A stretch of DNA of 64,000 nucleotides from a virus, in IMG/VR virus record IMGVR_UViG_3300037317_000025, positions 11,347-75,346 of that record; one strand, given 5' to 3'. The notes under the pieces are model-generated. The model did not search any database. It saw nothing but the letters and a program-made list of their open reading frames with translations, and was not told the DNA's origin. Within the stretch, counting starts at the first letter, position 1; each line of letters begins with the position of its first letter. The position numbers were made by a program, and so were the translations under genes. Below, piece by piece: positions 44,193 through 55,163 of the stretch.

Positions 44193-47100
44193 CTATGCCT
44201 CCGTAATCCAGGCCGTGTTTAGCTCGCCATTGGTCCCGGTGGACACATTCAGGCTCTTCTCCCAGGTCACACCATTGTCGCGTGAGTAATAGACGAAGCC
44301 AATACGTTGACCAAAATCACTGCCATCGGCTTCGCAAAGCACGGCCAGAAGGTCGTATGACCATTGCCGATCATGAGTGACAGTGAATGAGGTGATAGCG
44401 AAGTCAGTAATAGGTTTGCCCTCTGGTAGTGGCTCAGTAGGCGATTGTGCATGCAGGTTAAAGATCAACTCCGGCGTGCCCGCGCCATACTGATTGCACT
44501 GATAAACTTTGTTATCACGGCAGAGGTAGACTCGGTTGCTCTCGGCGCAGCCTGGTTGCGCCCAGACGACATCACTATAACTCGTGAACGATAAAGTATT
44601 CACGCTACCATCACTGTCAATGCGCACCCATTCGCCGTTCGGTCTTTCGTAGCTCGTACCATCACCCCTCTGCGCCAGCCAGCGCCAATCTGATGTATGA
44701 AACATCGACATAGGAACCACCGCGCTAGACGGACTCAGTGCGCCCTCGTTTATAACCCCGTTCTCAACCGTGGAATAACTGGGGGCACCGTCTGAACCCG
44801 CATCTCGGACAATAAAACGCCCGATATTGTTTACCGTCGTGCTGTGATGCTCCTGATGTTCGATAAAACCGTGCCGCAATCGTTGGATTGTGCCTAACGC
44901 CAGATTTGTACCGTGCTCGATACCTATCTGGTTATCAGGGTTGTCGTTATATGAACTGATGACATACTGACGTGTAGTGCCATGTTTTGTACTATGACCC
45001 AACCCTGGGTTGATCCCATTTAACGGCTGCAAGGTCGCGCCGGTCTGCGTCGTTAAAACTGGTTCAGACATGTCGATAGCATACAGCACACGATTGACGA
45101 CCCATGTGCCCCATTCGCTCGTCACATAGAAACTGTCTTCGCCGCCGTCGCTATGAGTGATGTATTGCCATGCATTGTTTTCGCTCACAAAAAGCCCGGT
45201 CTGTAGCGCTACATTCGTTGCAGTCATGAATACTCTGACAGGAGGCGCAGGCGGCATGGCAACCCATAATGCGCCGTAGCCAATTTGATAACTTTTTATT
45301 GTATCAATCTGATACATGTCACTGAGTGTCAGGAGCTTTGAGGTTAGTTCGCCAGCGATATAGATAACATCCGGCAAAAGCCCATCGCGCACCAGTCCGA
45401 ACAAGCTGTTAAGTAGAGGCACGTTCAATTCGGATGCGGTAAAGATGTTGGACGCGTCGCCTGTCAGTACAAACAAGCGTTCTGGGGCACGCCTCTCCGC
45501 AACGACAAAACCAGGCGTGGTCAGCAGGGGGGTGATCTCCCCCAGTCCCGTAGGCGGCGATGCGACACCTGACCAGTCGGTTGACGCTGCTTCACTGTCA
45601 TCGAAACGCGCAATATCGGCAGGAGGCAATTCGCTCGTGCCCAAAAACGTCGTCAGGTGCAGACCAAAGCCGCTGGCTAATACCCGTGCACGTACGTCAG
45701 GAGGGGCGGCAACGGTGCACGCTTGTTCCCAGGTTTGTCCTCTCGAATAGCTGTGCAGCACCCCGCCAGACGTGGCAACGCGCACATACGACGGGTTGTT
45801 GTAGCCTGTTTCAACACCCATTCCATAATTGCCGCTGCCAAGATCAATCGTCTTCCAGGTTACGCCACCATCGGTGCTATGGTAAGCCCAGATACTCCCA
45901 TCGGTTACCCATATATCCTCTGGCACCCCTTCAGTCACCCAGATGACTGACCTGTCGGGAGGCACGGCGGGCAGCGTTCCAACGTATACCGGGTCGGCGT
46001 CGTAGTCCTCCCAACGAAAGACCTTGCCATCACTCCAGAATGAAAGCAATGGCCCCGTATTGTTGTAGGCTGGAACTGCAATACACCTCTCCCCGGCTCG
46101 TGTGAAGCTCTTCCATCCACTCTGATCGACCAGAATGCGCCAGCCGTTTGACCAACACGCCGTAGACAGCACCCGCGTCCACACCTGCACGTCCGGCGCG
46201 TCGGTGGCCCTGGTGAGTGTGTCGGTGTGGGGCGGTGCGGTGTCGTCTGTCACGGTCAGGGTGATCTCTACGCCTTCCAGGGTATCCAGGACAATGGTCG
46301 TCTGGGCTGCCTGTACCACCGTGTTCAACGGCGTCGCTCCGCTCACTGACCACGCATAGCTCACAAGTTCCCCATCCGGGTCGTAACTGCTGCTGGCATC
46401 GACATATACATCGTAGATGGTCTGCGGTTGGCCGGAGATAAGCACTCGCTCTGCGACAATCAGCATAGCAAAATCGCAGATGGGTGCAAGAGTATCGAGG
46501 TAGCCGGTGATCTTGCTATCACCTATCGCGCATGTCAGGGTGCTGCGCACGCCGTCGGTGCGCACGGCGGTAATCATCGCAGGCTCGGACGCCAGCCCCA
46601 ACTTGCCGACCGTCAATGCCGCCGCCAGACCGGGCAACCAGCCCATATCGGCGGGCACCTCTACCTCAACGGTGACTTCCTCGCGGCACGCTTGCTCACC
46701 GTACCACTGCGCCATCGCGTCCACCTGGGCCTGTGTCTGCCAGTATTCGCACGACTCGGAGTCATTGATACCGACCTCGATATCCGGCGCAACCCAGGTG
46801 CTCTCCACCGCCACGCCATTCTCAACCTCGCCGCCGGTGCAGGTGAAGCGCTTGACAATGCGCTCGCGTCCCGTTGCGACATAATCGGCCTTGTTCCAGC
46901 GATAGGCGTTGCTCGCCGTGTTGCTGATCGCAATACTCGGACTGGCGGGAGGGATGGTACTGAAGCGCTCAATCTTGACCTGTCCACTGGCGGGCAGGCA
47001 CCAGCCGACCGCGCCTACCATCGTAAGCAATGCCCGGTAGATGCTCGTCAGGCTCTCGTCTGCGGTATGGCAAATCGGCTCGATGGTGCCCACGTTGAAC

Positions 47101-47546
47101 ACCGTGCCAGGGTCGTAGATGCTGGCGATCTCAGTATCGGCAATGCCTGCCCGGTTAAGCACCTGTCGGATCGCCGTCGGCCAGGGCGTGTTGTCAAACA
47201 GTAACCCTTCAGCGCTGCCGCACTCCTCGCCCTCTGCCTGGTCGATGCGTGAGAGAATATCATACGCCTGCACCGTGCGATCAACGGGCGGCACGCCATA
47301 GTTGCGCTGCCCGACAATGCCCTGGTAGAACACGCCGCGCTTGCCGTTGACTTTATACTCAACGGTGATCGGCATGCCCGCCACGTCCTGCGGCAACAGG
47401 TCACGGATGGGCGCGTCGCAGGTGCTCCGGGTGCCGTCAATTGCCACACTGCGGGCGGGTAATTCGGACAACGGGTAGCGTTGTCCGTTGACCATAGCAA
47501 ACAGTTCTTTGTAGTGCCGATAGCGAACCGTCGGATCAATCTGCAT
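44193..47546 (-). CDS. large tail tip / host-recognition protein (hub-like N-terminus, PKD domain, BNR/beta-propeller repeats)
   Basis: downstream of the TMP; DASSSYDPDG...YAW...ITLTVTD PKD motif; STDGGVTW and SRDNGVTW BNR motifs. Confidence 0.75.
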   Translation of the reverse strand: MQIDPTVRYRHYKELFAMVNGQRYPLSELPARSVAIDGTRSTCDAPIRDLLPQDVAGMPITVEYKVNGKRGVFYQGIVGQRNYGVPPVDRTVQAYDILSRIDQAEGEECGSAEGLLFDNTPWPTAIRQVLNRAGIADTEIASIYDPGTVFNVGTIEPICHTADESLTSIYRALLTMVGAVGWCLPASGQVKIERFSTIPPASPSIAISNTASNAYRWNKADYVATGRERIVKRFTCTGGEVENGVAVESTWVAPDIEVGINDSESCEYWQTQAQVDAMAQWYGEQACREEVTVEVEVPADMGWLPGLAAALTVGKLGLASEPAMITAVRTDGVRSTLTCAIGDSKITGYLDTLAPICDFAMLIVAERVLISGQPQTIYDVYVDASSSYDPDGELVSYAWSVSGATPLNTVVQAAQTTIVLDTLEGVEITLTVTDDTAPPHTDTLTRATDAPDVQVWTRVLSTACWSNGWRILVDQSGWKSFTRAGERCIAVPAYNNTGPLLSFWSDGKVFRWEDYDADPVYVGTLPAVPPDRSVIWVTEGVPEDIWVTDGSIWAYHSTDGGVTWKTIDLGSGNYGMGVETGYNNPSYVRVATSGGVLHSYSRGQTWEQACTVAAPPDVRARVLASGFGLHLTTFLGTSELPPADIARFDDSEAASTDWSGVASPPTGLGEITPLLTTPGFVVAERRAPERLFVLTGDASNIFTASELNVPLLNSLFGLVRDGLLPDVIYIAGELTSKLLTLSDMYQIDTIKSYQIGYGALWVAMPPAPPVRVFMTATNVALQTGLFVSENNAWQYITHSDGGEDSFYVTSEWGTWVVNRVLYAIDMSEPVLTTQTGATLQPLNGINPGLGHSTKHGTTRQYVISSYNDNPDNQIGIEHGTNLALGTIQRLRHGFIEHQEHHSTTVNNIGRFIVRDAGSDGAPSYSTVENGVINEGALSPSSAVVPMSMFHTSDWRWLAQRGDGTSYERPNGEWVRIDSDGSVNTLSFTSYSDVVWAQPGCAESNRVYLCRDNKVYQCNQYGAGTPELIFNLHAQSPTEPLPEGKPITDFAITSFTVTHDRQWSYDLLAVLCEADGSDFGQRIGFVYYSRDNGVTWEKSLNVSTGTNGELNTAWITEA

Positions 47547-47548
47547 GG

Positions 47549-47905
47549 TTACACCTTCAGAAATTCAGCCTGCACGGTATGCGTGCCGTCCATATACGCC
47601 CCGGCCTTACCCTTGAATACCATCGACCACGACCCAGAGAGGTAGTTGTCTGTGGTATTGCCAAACGTCTGCGGCGTGCCGCGCTTGCTCACCAGTGCGC
47701 CGAAGTCGGAAGCGTTCTGCGTGATGACCTCGCAGGCGAACGAGACGGGCGTGGTGCCGTGATAATGGCGTGTGACCTCGTTGCTCTCCGGGTGGTACTG
47801 ATCGTCGAACTGATCCTCGCCCACTGGCACGAAGTCCAATCCATTGTCCTCGCGGCGCAACAGGCATTCCACGCCGCCGAATGTCAGAAAGCCTGGTGCG
47901 GGCAT
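47549..47905 (-). CDS. minor tail protein (distal tail-like)
   Basis: position between TMP and tail tip; beta-rich. Confidence 0.5.
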   Translation of the reverse strand: MPAPGFLTFGGVECLLRREDNGLDFVPVGEDQFDDQYHPESNEVTRHYHGTTPVSFACEVITQNASDFGALVSKRGTPQTFGNTTDNYLSGSWSMVFKGKAGAYMDGTHTVQAEFLKV

Positions 47906-47916
47906 GATGGTTCCTC

Positions 47917-48675
47917 CTACCAGTTCGTTTCAACGAAGTCTACAGCGCCAATGCGCAACACGGCGCTACTGTCAACACTTGCGCGATGCATCGCCATTCG
48001 TAACGTTGGAGTCGTGATAGTATGGATGGCTTCAGCCATGAAAATCTCGGAACCGCTATAGTGGCTTTTGTCGTAACTTGCCATAACATGGGCGTGAGAC
48101 ATGGCACTCCCTGTCTTGCGCGCTGCCACGCGCAACCAGAGCGGCATCTGTAGCGGCACTGACAGATAGAACGGTTCGCCGTACACGAGTGAGCCGCCAA
48201 TGGTTGCCCCGCCCAACAGATACCACTGATCCAAACGGCTATCGAACTGCAACCGCGCCTGAATTTCATTCGCGCCCGACGCCATAGCGAACGTGTAGGC
48301 CACATCAACCGTATGCCGATCTCGCCACCAGAGCGGCCCGAACTGCCAGGTGAGACGGTAGCCGTCGGTAATGTCCGAGAAGTCAACATCAGTTGTGCGG
48401 GTGTATTCCCAGGACAGATCGGCATTCGAGCCGATATTCCAGGCTCCTGCCGACACATTCACATCATCACTGGCACTTGCGTCAGACCAATCGGACGGGT
48501 GTCCTGCTTCTATGCCCTCGCTGTCATAAGCACTGCCGTGATCGCTCACCTGATAGCGCGTGCGGTCATAGAGCCGCTGGTTCGTGCGGCGCTGCGTGGC
48601 CCCGCGCCGTTTGATGCGCCATTCCATCGACTCGTTCAATTCGTCTATGAGCGGAAAAAACGGGTTGCGTGTCAC
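47917..48675 (-). CDS. minor tail protein
   Basis: coupled to the TMP stop. Confidence 0.5.
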   Translation of the reverse strand: MTRNPFFPLIDELNESMEWRIKRRGATQRRTNQRLYDRTRYQVSDHGSAYDSEGIEAGHPSDWSDASASDDVNVSAGAWNIGSNADLSWEYTRTTDVDFSDITDGYRLTWQFGPLWWRDRHTVDVAYTFAMASGANEIQARLQFDSRLDQWYLLGGATIGGSLVYGEPFYLSVPLQMPLWLRVAARKTGSAMSHAHVMASYDKSHYSGSEIFMAEAIHTITTPTLRMAMHRASVDSSAVLRIGAVDFVETNW

Positions 48676-51600
48676 AACTGCGTCCTCCTTGTGGCTCGAA
48701 CTTCATCAATCCAACTGCCGACCTGCTCCTGCACCACACGCGGGATGGTTGCCAGCAGGCGTTGTTCGCGCTCTGGTGTGTCCACCACCGGGTTGTGAAT
48801 GTTGACCTGGATGGTCACGCCTTCGCCACGCACGGGCGCGGCCTGCTGCGGGATCGGGGCGCGTTCCTGAGCGGGCGCGTAGACCTGCACCGGCGGCGCG
48901 CTCACGCCCACATGTACCTCTGGCACCAGCACGCCGGGGGCGCTGCGCTGGGCTTCCAGACTGCGTAGCATATTGTTCGGTATCACCACACCGGGGCGGG
49001 TGAACATCACCAGTTCTTGCCCGTATTCGCCCACGCGCAACAGGTCGTAAGCCCCGAACGACCCACCTTGCGCGTAGGGGATCGGGTCTTGCCCCGGCCC
49101 GGTTGGTCGCGGGGTACGCTCGCCCCATTGGTCTGGCGTCGCTTCAGTCAGCCACTTCAACGCCTGTTGTGCGCGCATCGAGATTTCCGCCAGTCGTGCG
49201 ACATACTGCTCATAACTCAACAGCCCTGCATCGAAATCGGCACGCACCTGGTCGATCTGGCGTTGTGCGTCCGCATCCAGGCTTGCAGCCTGTCGCGCAT
49301 CGTTCGCCAGTTCCGTGGCGATATACGCCTTTTGCGCCTCATCCATATCGGCATAGTGGTCATTCAATGCGCCCATCTGATCGGCGTAGCGTTGGCTGGC
49401 GGCTGTCATCGCCTCTTCGTGCCGAGTCTGCGCCGCCTCAAGGTCGGCCTGGTGTTGCTCGTCGGCTGCCGTCACTTGCTGGGTGTACCACTCGTTCTGG
49501 AGCGCGGTGATGGTCTCGTAATAGGTGCGATAGCTCGCCGTGCGCTTCTGGTTGGCATCCTGGTCAATTGCCACCAGTTTGTCGGTGTGCTGTTGTTCTT
49601 CTTCCTGGATACTGGCGTTGCGCTCATCGACAATTGCCAGCACCTTGTCGCTCTCGACCGGCCCCGACACGCTCAGGCCAAGCTCTGCCGTAACCTCACC
49701 GGGCACCGCCTGCAACGCGGCGATGTACTGCTCTTCGGTCAGGCGACCCTGCACACGAGCTTCCGCCAGGTCGCGGGTGCGGGCTTCGGTCATCTCCTGT
49801 TGTGCCAGGGTGAGCCGCACGGCCTCCTGTCGCGCCTGACTGAACCCGGCAATCACGGCGCTGGTGTTTTGTCCGCCGGACGCGGCCCACTGGTCAAGCC
49901 CCTGAATCGCGTCGGCAAACATCAGGTCGGAGATACTGGCTTGCACACCGAACGCCTGCCGAATACCGGCGGTCATCTGATTCAGTGCCTCGCCGGAAAT
50001 GCCGTTCATCAGCGCCAGAGCTGTTGCGCGGTCTACCAGCATGCGCCCCAGGTGCGCCGACTGTTCGCGCTCCTGTTCGACATACGCCTGTGCCTGCTGC
50101 GCTTCCTGCTCAACCAGCGCCTTCTGTTCTTCATCGACATAGCACGCCCACGCGCCCTGCGCCTGAATGGTGCGGCGTTTCTCGTTGAACTCTTCCAGGC
50201 GATCCCGACTGCCGCCCAGGAAGTCCACGTCGGCTGATACACTCTCTGCAAACGCGCTACGACTCGCGTCGGCGGCTTCATCGGCGGCGCTGCGCAGCGA
50301 GGACAAATACTTCTCATCTATCGCAATCAGCGCATCGGTGTGCCGCTCGCGTTCGTCTGCGATGGCCGACAGGCGATCCTGCTCAATCTTCAGCAGGTCG
50401 TCGTCAAGCGTCTGCCGCTCATCCCGCAGCTTCTCAGAGAGTTGTTCGTCAATCTCCGCCAGCTTGTCCGCGTGGGCCTGGTTCGCCTCGGTGATCGCCA
50501 CCTGGTATTCCGCGTCGGCTTCCTGGCGGGCGCGTCCGAAGTCAATCGCATTGGACAGCGCGTCCTCGCGGAAGGCTTGCTCCTGCTCGGCTCGGCGCTC
50601 GGCTTCAAGTGCGGCCTGACGGTCGGCCTCGGCTTTGGCGAGCGCGGCGGCTTCGGACGCCTGTGATGCTGTTGCTTCGTTCAGGATGCCCTGTGCTAGA
50701 TTCTCTACCTCGCCGAGACGAATGCGGGCGTTTTCGGTGGCAATACGTTGCGCTTCTGCCTGACTCTGGTGGATACCGTGGGCACGAGAAGCCTGGTCAA
50801 GATCGGCGCGGGTTGCTGATTCGGTGCTGGCTTGCAGCTGCTCCAGTTGTTCGATCTCGCCGCGCATTCGCTCCTGGACTTCTGGCGAGGCGTTTGCGTA
50901 GGCTTGTTGTGCCCGTGCCGCCACATCCCAGGCATCAGAATTGCTCACCAGCCTACCCGCGAAATCGTCCAGGGTTCGTTGATGTTCCTGGTATTTGTAG
51001 ATCGTTGCCCCGACCGCAGCCGCAGAAACCGCTAATGCGCCATAGGTTGCAAGTAGTGCCTGATTTGCAGCTACCCAGGCATAGGTTGCGGCTACCCCGC
51101 CGCGAATGGCGTGTGTTGTCGCAATAACTCCTTCAGCAACCGCAAGGCCGATAGTACCATAACTGGCTGCGCGATAGGCAGTCCAGGCAACAGCAGCGCC
51201 GCCGAGTGCAGGCACCAACCCCTCACTGATAATAGTGGCTGTTGTCTCGGCTGTACTACCAACCGTTACCAGGACACTCGCTGTGGTTTCGCCCCATTCC
51301 TGAATACCTGCTTTCACCTCGGCAGTTTGCAGGGCGTCTACCATCTCTTGCAGTTTGACCTGTCCTGCCTCGATTGTTGGGCCGAAGAAATCCGCCAGGG
51401 AGTAGCTTGATAGCTCGCTCATACTGGAGAGCAGGCCACTAATCGTGCCACCCATCGACGCAGCAGCGCCGCCGAAGTCGCGCTCAAATCCCTCGACGAT
51501 TGCCGGGATAACATCCTCGGCCAGCAAGCGCCCCTCGTTCTGCATCTGCACAATTTCAGACGTGGAGACGTTCAGGGCTTCCGCCAGGTAGCGACGCACC

Positions 51601-52133
51601 GGCACGCCCCACTCGGACAACTGGCGCATCTCCTCGCCCGTGGCGCGTCCGACTGCCTTGATTTGACCGAGCGGCGTGATAATATTCTCCAACACATGAC
51701 TGGGCCTGCCTGCGGCTGCCAGGTAGTCCAGCGTGGCTGCGGTGAGGCGTTGTGTACTGATAACGCCTGCCTGCTGTGCGACGGCCACGCTCGTGGTCTG
51801 GGTGGACAAAAAGCCGTATGCCTGAGCGAGCGATACGGCGTTCGTGATGTCCTGTGATTCATAGGGGGACTGGATGGCAAGGCGCTTTGTCCAGTCGTAG
51901 AGGTGTTGGGCGTAAACCGTGGCCTCGTCGGTGGCGGCAGCAAGGTCACGGTATTGCCCCGTCGCCACCATCTCAGAGCCAACCAGTGACCGCAGGCTCA
52001 ACTGCGAGAGTTCCGCCTGCGCCGCCGTGTCTACGGCAGTCTGGAAGGCATTGGTTACTGATTCAAGTCCAGTGGTGACGACCTCGACACCACTAATACC
52101 AAGAGCGACATCTAATGCTGCTGCGTTTATCAT
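48672..52133 (-). CDS. tape measure protein
   Basis: 1153 aa, Ala-rich helical; LGQIKAVGRATGEEMRQL tape-measure motif; C-terminal YAQGG...VGEYGQEL. Confidence 0.9.
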   Translation of the reverse strand: MINAAALDVALGISGVEVVTTGLESVTNAFQTAVDTAAQAELSQLSLRSLVGSEMVATGQYRDLAAATDEATVYAQHLYDWTKRLAIQSPYESQDITNAVSLAQAYGFLSTQTTSVAVAQQAGVISTQRLTAATLDYLAAAGRPSHVLENIITPLGQIKAVGRATGEEMRQLSEWGVPVRRYLAEALNVSTSEIVQMQNEGRLLAEDVIPAIVEGFERDFGGAAASMGGTISGLLSSMSELSSYSLADFFGPTIEAGQVKLQEMVDALQTAEVKAGIQEWGETTASVLVTVGSTAETTATIISEGLVPALGGAAVAWTAYRAASYGTIGLAVAEGVIATTHAIRGGVAATYAWVAANQALLATYGALAVSAAAVGATIYKYQEHQRTLDDFAGRLVSNSDAWDVAARAQQAYANASPEVQERMRGEIEQLEQLQASTESATRADLDQASRAHGIHQSQAEAQRIATENARIRLGEVENLAQGILNEATASQASEAAALAKAEADRQAALEAERRAEQEQAFREDALSNAIDFGRARQEADAEYQVAITEANQAHADKLAEIDEQLSEKLRDERQTLDDDLLKIEQDRLSAIADERERHTDALIAIDEKYLSSLRSAADEAADASRSAFAESVSADVDFLGGSRDRLEEFNEKRRTIQAQGAWACYVDEEQKALVEQEAQQAQAYVEQEREQSAHLGRMLVDRATALALMNGISGEALNQMTAGIRQAFGVQASISDLMFADAIQGLDQWAASGGQNTSAVIAGFSQARQEAVRLTLAQQEMTEARTRDLAEARVQGRLTEEQYIAALQAVPGEVTAELGLSVSGPVESDKVLAIVDERNASIQEEEQQHTDKLVAIDQDANQKRTASYRTYYETITALQNEWYTQQVTAADEQHQADLEAAQTRHEEAMTAASQRYADQMGALNDHYADMDEAQKAYIATELANDARQAASLDADAQRQIDQVRADFDAGLLSYEQYVARLAEISMRAQQALKWLTEATPDQWGERTPRPTGPGQDPIPYAQGGSFGAYDLLRVGEYGQELVMFTRPGVVIPNNMLRSLEAQRSAPGVLVPEVHVGVSAPPVQVYAPAQERAPIPQQAAPVRGEGVTIQVNIHNPVVDTPEREQRLLATIPRVVQEQVGSWIDEVRATRRTQL

Positions 52134-52178
52134 CCGTGCCCCACTATGCTACAATACACCGCAGAAGGAGGTGTTACT

Positions 52179-52532
52179 GTGAATCCACTGCTTATTACTG
52201 TCATCTTGCTCACTGGTGTCATCATCGTGCTTGCCGTGCGTGCCACAATGCGCTCGCAGACCCCGGCGGCAAAAGAGTCAACTGTCTGGCATCAACGCCT
52301 GGTGCATCGCTTCGCCATTTTCGGACTTCTGATTATTGGCACCGGGTTTGCTATCCCGATTCTGTCAATGCCCTGGACAACCATAGCGGCCCTGGGGACG
52401 TGGCTCGGTTTCAGTGTGGCTACCGTACCAGGAGAAGTAACCTGGCCTCGTACCATCAGCTATACCCTGCAACTGATTGTCACTGCTGCACTGATGTTTG
52501 CTGCAATTATCTGGCTTAACGCCTCAGTGTGA
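52179..52532 (+). CDS. opposite-strand membrane protein (moron-like)
   Basis: own TGnTACAAT promoter and SD AAGGAGG; 3-4 TM segments. Confidence 0.65.
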   Translation: MNPLLITVILLTGVIIVLAVRATMRSQTPAAKESTVWHQRLVHRFAIFGLLIIGTGFAIPILSMPWTTIAALGTWLGFSVATVPGEVTWPRTISYTLQLIVTAALMFAAIIWLNASV

Positions 52533-53110
52533 CCTGACCTCCGGCTTATTCGCCAGCGCCCAGAGCTTCGCTCGTCCGCGCTGTATCCAGATCGGCCCGT
52601 CCTTGCGCGTCATATCCAGCAACCCGGCGATGTCGGTTTGATAGACGTGGCGCGCAATGGCGATCATCTCGTCCGTGTCCTTGTCCCAGTCGGGTTGCTC
52701 GCCCAGGTCGCGGTCTGCCAGGAACAGCGCCAGCCGCTCTAGCCCGTCCGCAATTTTGGGTTCGCGTGCCTCTCAATCGCGTCCATCATCTCGTGCATCA
52801 CGCCGATCCACTTGCCAGGGTGGCGTTCGGCTGTCTCGGTAAATGAGAGCGGCGTGCCCTGCTCGTCGGCAAACACTCGATTGGCGCACACCCGATCCAG
52901 CCACTCAAACACGTATTCCACGCGCTCGCGCTGCTTGCCCTCGTCGTCCAGCACCGGGTTGCCCTCGGTGTCCACCAACGGATGCCGCGCTCCAGGCGCA
53001 TAGACCTCGTGTAGTTTGTACGCCAGCGTTTCGTCAATCGTGCCGTTCTGGTAGGCCCGCTTGAACCGCATGTCCTGAATAATCCCGTCGCCGTTTGCTG
53101 AGATTGGCAT
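52524..53110 (-). CDS. tail assembly chaperone (52739-53110) and its -1 frameshift extension to 52524
   Basis: slippery C CCA AAA at 52754-52760 just before the stop; -1 frame open (IADGLERLALFL...EVRSH*); between major tail and TMP genes. Confidence 0.82.
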
Positions 53111-53223
53111 TGATAGTTCCTCCTGCTATCCGATACGAGCCTCCTGCTGCAAGCGCGGGGCAGGCGGCGGAGGTGAACCGCTTTGCCGGGTGCGACCCTG
53201 GCCCCGCGCTGAAACCGTCCGAA

Positions 53224-54345
53224 CTAGGCCAGCAGTGCGGTCTGCTGATTGGTCAACACGACCTCGCAGATGCCAGGGTTTGCCCCGGCGTCGAACACGG
53301 GATCATGTGCGAATACAAAACTAAACTCGGCGGCTTCCAGTTTGGTTTCCGGGCCGACCTCGCTAATGCCCGATACGAAGAAGCACGAGTCGATGGTGAG
53401 ACGGTATGGAATGTCAGGGGTGCCCGTTTCGATAACCGGGCCGGTTGCCTCGATACGCACCCACACGCGACTCGGATCGCCCACGGCGGAGTTGTTCCGC
53501 AAGTGCTGCACCAGTGCCATGACGACCGGATCGGCCTCGGCCTTGATCATGCAGTCGGCCTCCAGTCCCTCAACGGCGTAGTTGGTGCCGTCGCAACGCA
53601 CCGGGTCCCACAGTTCCGAGCGCCCCTTGACCGACCACTTACCGCGCTTCACCATCCGCAGAGCGTTGGCGGGTGAAGCGGCCTGAGTAACCAGATCGGC
53701 GCGACTGGTGCGACTCATGTAGACACAGATCGAGCCAGGTTCGACGGTGATCTGGTTATCGGTAATAGTTGGCAGCCCGGAATCGAACGTGATTGCAGGG
53801 GTCAGGTTATCGGCGGTGCTGCGCAGGCGATTCCCCAGGGCATTCGCGTTGATCGTGATGCTGTCCTGGGTAAACTCAAGGGTGAAGTCCTGAAGTGATA
53901 CACCGCTCGTCTCATATGCCATTCCATCATCACCACGCTGAATGGTGAAGGTTCGGCGGGTGTCCTTCTCTTCGGGTTTGATAAAGAATGTCCAGTCACG
54001 CGCTGCGCCCGTGCCGGGGTTGGTCGCTGCCAGGTCAACACCAGTATTGGTGCCGTCGTCACCCACGAGTACGCCTGCCAGCAGCAGGCCGAGCTCACCA
54101 TAGGTCGGTGTTGCACCGTCCTTCGTCTGGAACTTGCCGGTGCTCTTGTCTTTGGTGAGCGTCTGGGTGCGAGCCGCCTTCGATCCGCTCTTGTTCTGAC
54201 GGGTCTCCCAATCGCCAGCCGGGATATATTCCATTGACGAAAGCAGGATATTGTTTACTGGTGTGACCGCCGTGCCGGGATCGGTCAATTCCTCTAGTTG
54301 AATCTGCGTGCGCTGAATATCGCTGACGCGATCTCCTGGTGCCAT
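53224..54345 (-). CDS. major tail (tube) protein
   Basis: position upstream of the chaperone; RTQIQLE..PGTAV, TFTIQRGD motifs. Confidence 0.7.
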   Translation of the reverse strand: MAPGDRVSDIQRTQIQLEELTDPGTAVTPVNNILLSSMEYIPAGDWETRQNKSGSKAARTQTLTKDKSTGKFQTKDGATPTYGELGLLLAGVLVGDDGTNTGVDLAATNPGTGAARDWTFFIKPEEKDTRRTFTIQRGDDGMAYETSGVSLQDFTLEFTQDSITINANALGNRLRSTADNLTPAITFDSGLPTITDNQITVEPGSICVYMSRTSRADLVTQAASPANALRMVKRGKWSVKGRSELWDPVRCDGTNYAVEGLEADCMIKAEADPVVMALVQHLRNNSAVGDPSRVWVRIEATGPVIETGTPDIPYRLTIDSCFFVSGISEVGPETKLEAAEFSFVFAHDPVFDAGANPGICEVVLTNQQTALLA

Positions 54346-54362
54346 CGTAAAATCTCCTCTCT

Positions 54363-55163
54363 CTAGGATCGTTGAACGATAATCTCAAAGATGCCGCCAG
54401 CGCGAAACAGTTGCTCGCCGGTCGGCGCGGTGTCGCTCATCGCAATTTGCGTGAGCCGCTTGCATGAGCGGATAAGTCCGCCAGGGTTCGAAGGGTTTGG
54501 AATAACGACGTTGGAAACGCCGTGGAAAAGTTCGTCGATGCGCTCGCCGCCGTAGCGCGTGCGCTGGTCGTAGTCGTTCGCCTGGGCGACCACCTCGATG
54601 TTCACCAGGCAGCGTGCGCCCGCCCGGATATTGCCGACGAAGTGGATGTCCGCGTCCGTGTTGCGCCCCCAGAGGACTGACAGGGCAGGCGGCGGGGACG
54701 GCAGTGATTCCGTCCAGTATTGGATACCGGGGATCGATGCCAATCCCGATGTGTCGCCGCGTAGCACGCTCTCAACCCAGTCGAGCGCCATTTGCATCTC
54801 GTGGCCGAGGGCGGTGATGTCGAGATAACTGAGCGTGTAGGTGCCGCCAGTGCCGCCCACACGAAGTTCCTGTACGGCGTTGTTTGTCGCATCACCTGGC
54901 GTGAGTACGTTGACCTGCAAGGTGGCCCCGAACCCGGTAAGCGAACTCACACCTACCAGTGGCGGCAAATAGGTATTTCCCAGAGCACCCACGAACACGA
55001 CATTATAGATACGCTCTACCCCGGCGGTGCCTGCGGGTGTGACCGATACATTCCCTGTGAGCGGTGCCTGAGCTTCAAGTGCTGCCTGAATACTACCCGT
55101 GCCTGTTGCTGGTGCGTTAAAGGCAATATCTGCCGTTGTCGCCGTACTAATACTTGTTGGCAC
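54363..55163 (-). CDS. tail completion/terminator-like protein with N-terminal extra domain
   Basis: synteny; RIDELFHG...FRAGGIFEI C-terminus. Confidence 0.5.
   Translation of the reverse strand: MPTSISTATTADIAFNAPATGTGSIQAALEAQAPLTGNVSVTPAGTAGVERIYNVVFVGALGNTYLPPLVGVSSLTGFGATLQVNVLTPGDATNNAVQELRVGGTGGTYTLSYLDITALGHEMQMALDWVESVLRGDTSGLASIPGIQYWTESLPSPPPALSVLWGRNTDADIHFVGNIRAGARCLVNIEVVAQANDYDQRTRYGGERIDELFHGVSNVVIPNPSNPGGLIRSCKRLTQIAMSDTAPTGEQLFRAGGIFEIIVQRS

Noticed and set aside
44193-45450. Diversity-generating retroelement target in the tail tip protein
   Set aside because: No reverse transcriptase or template repeat seen; the lower GC is better explained by domain exchange.
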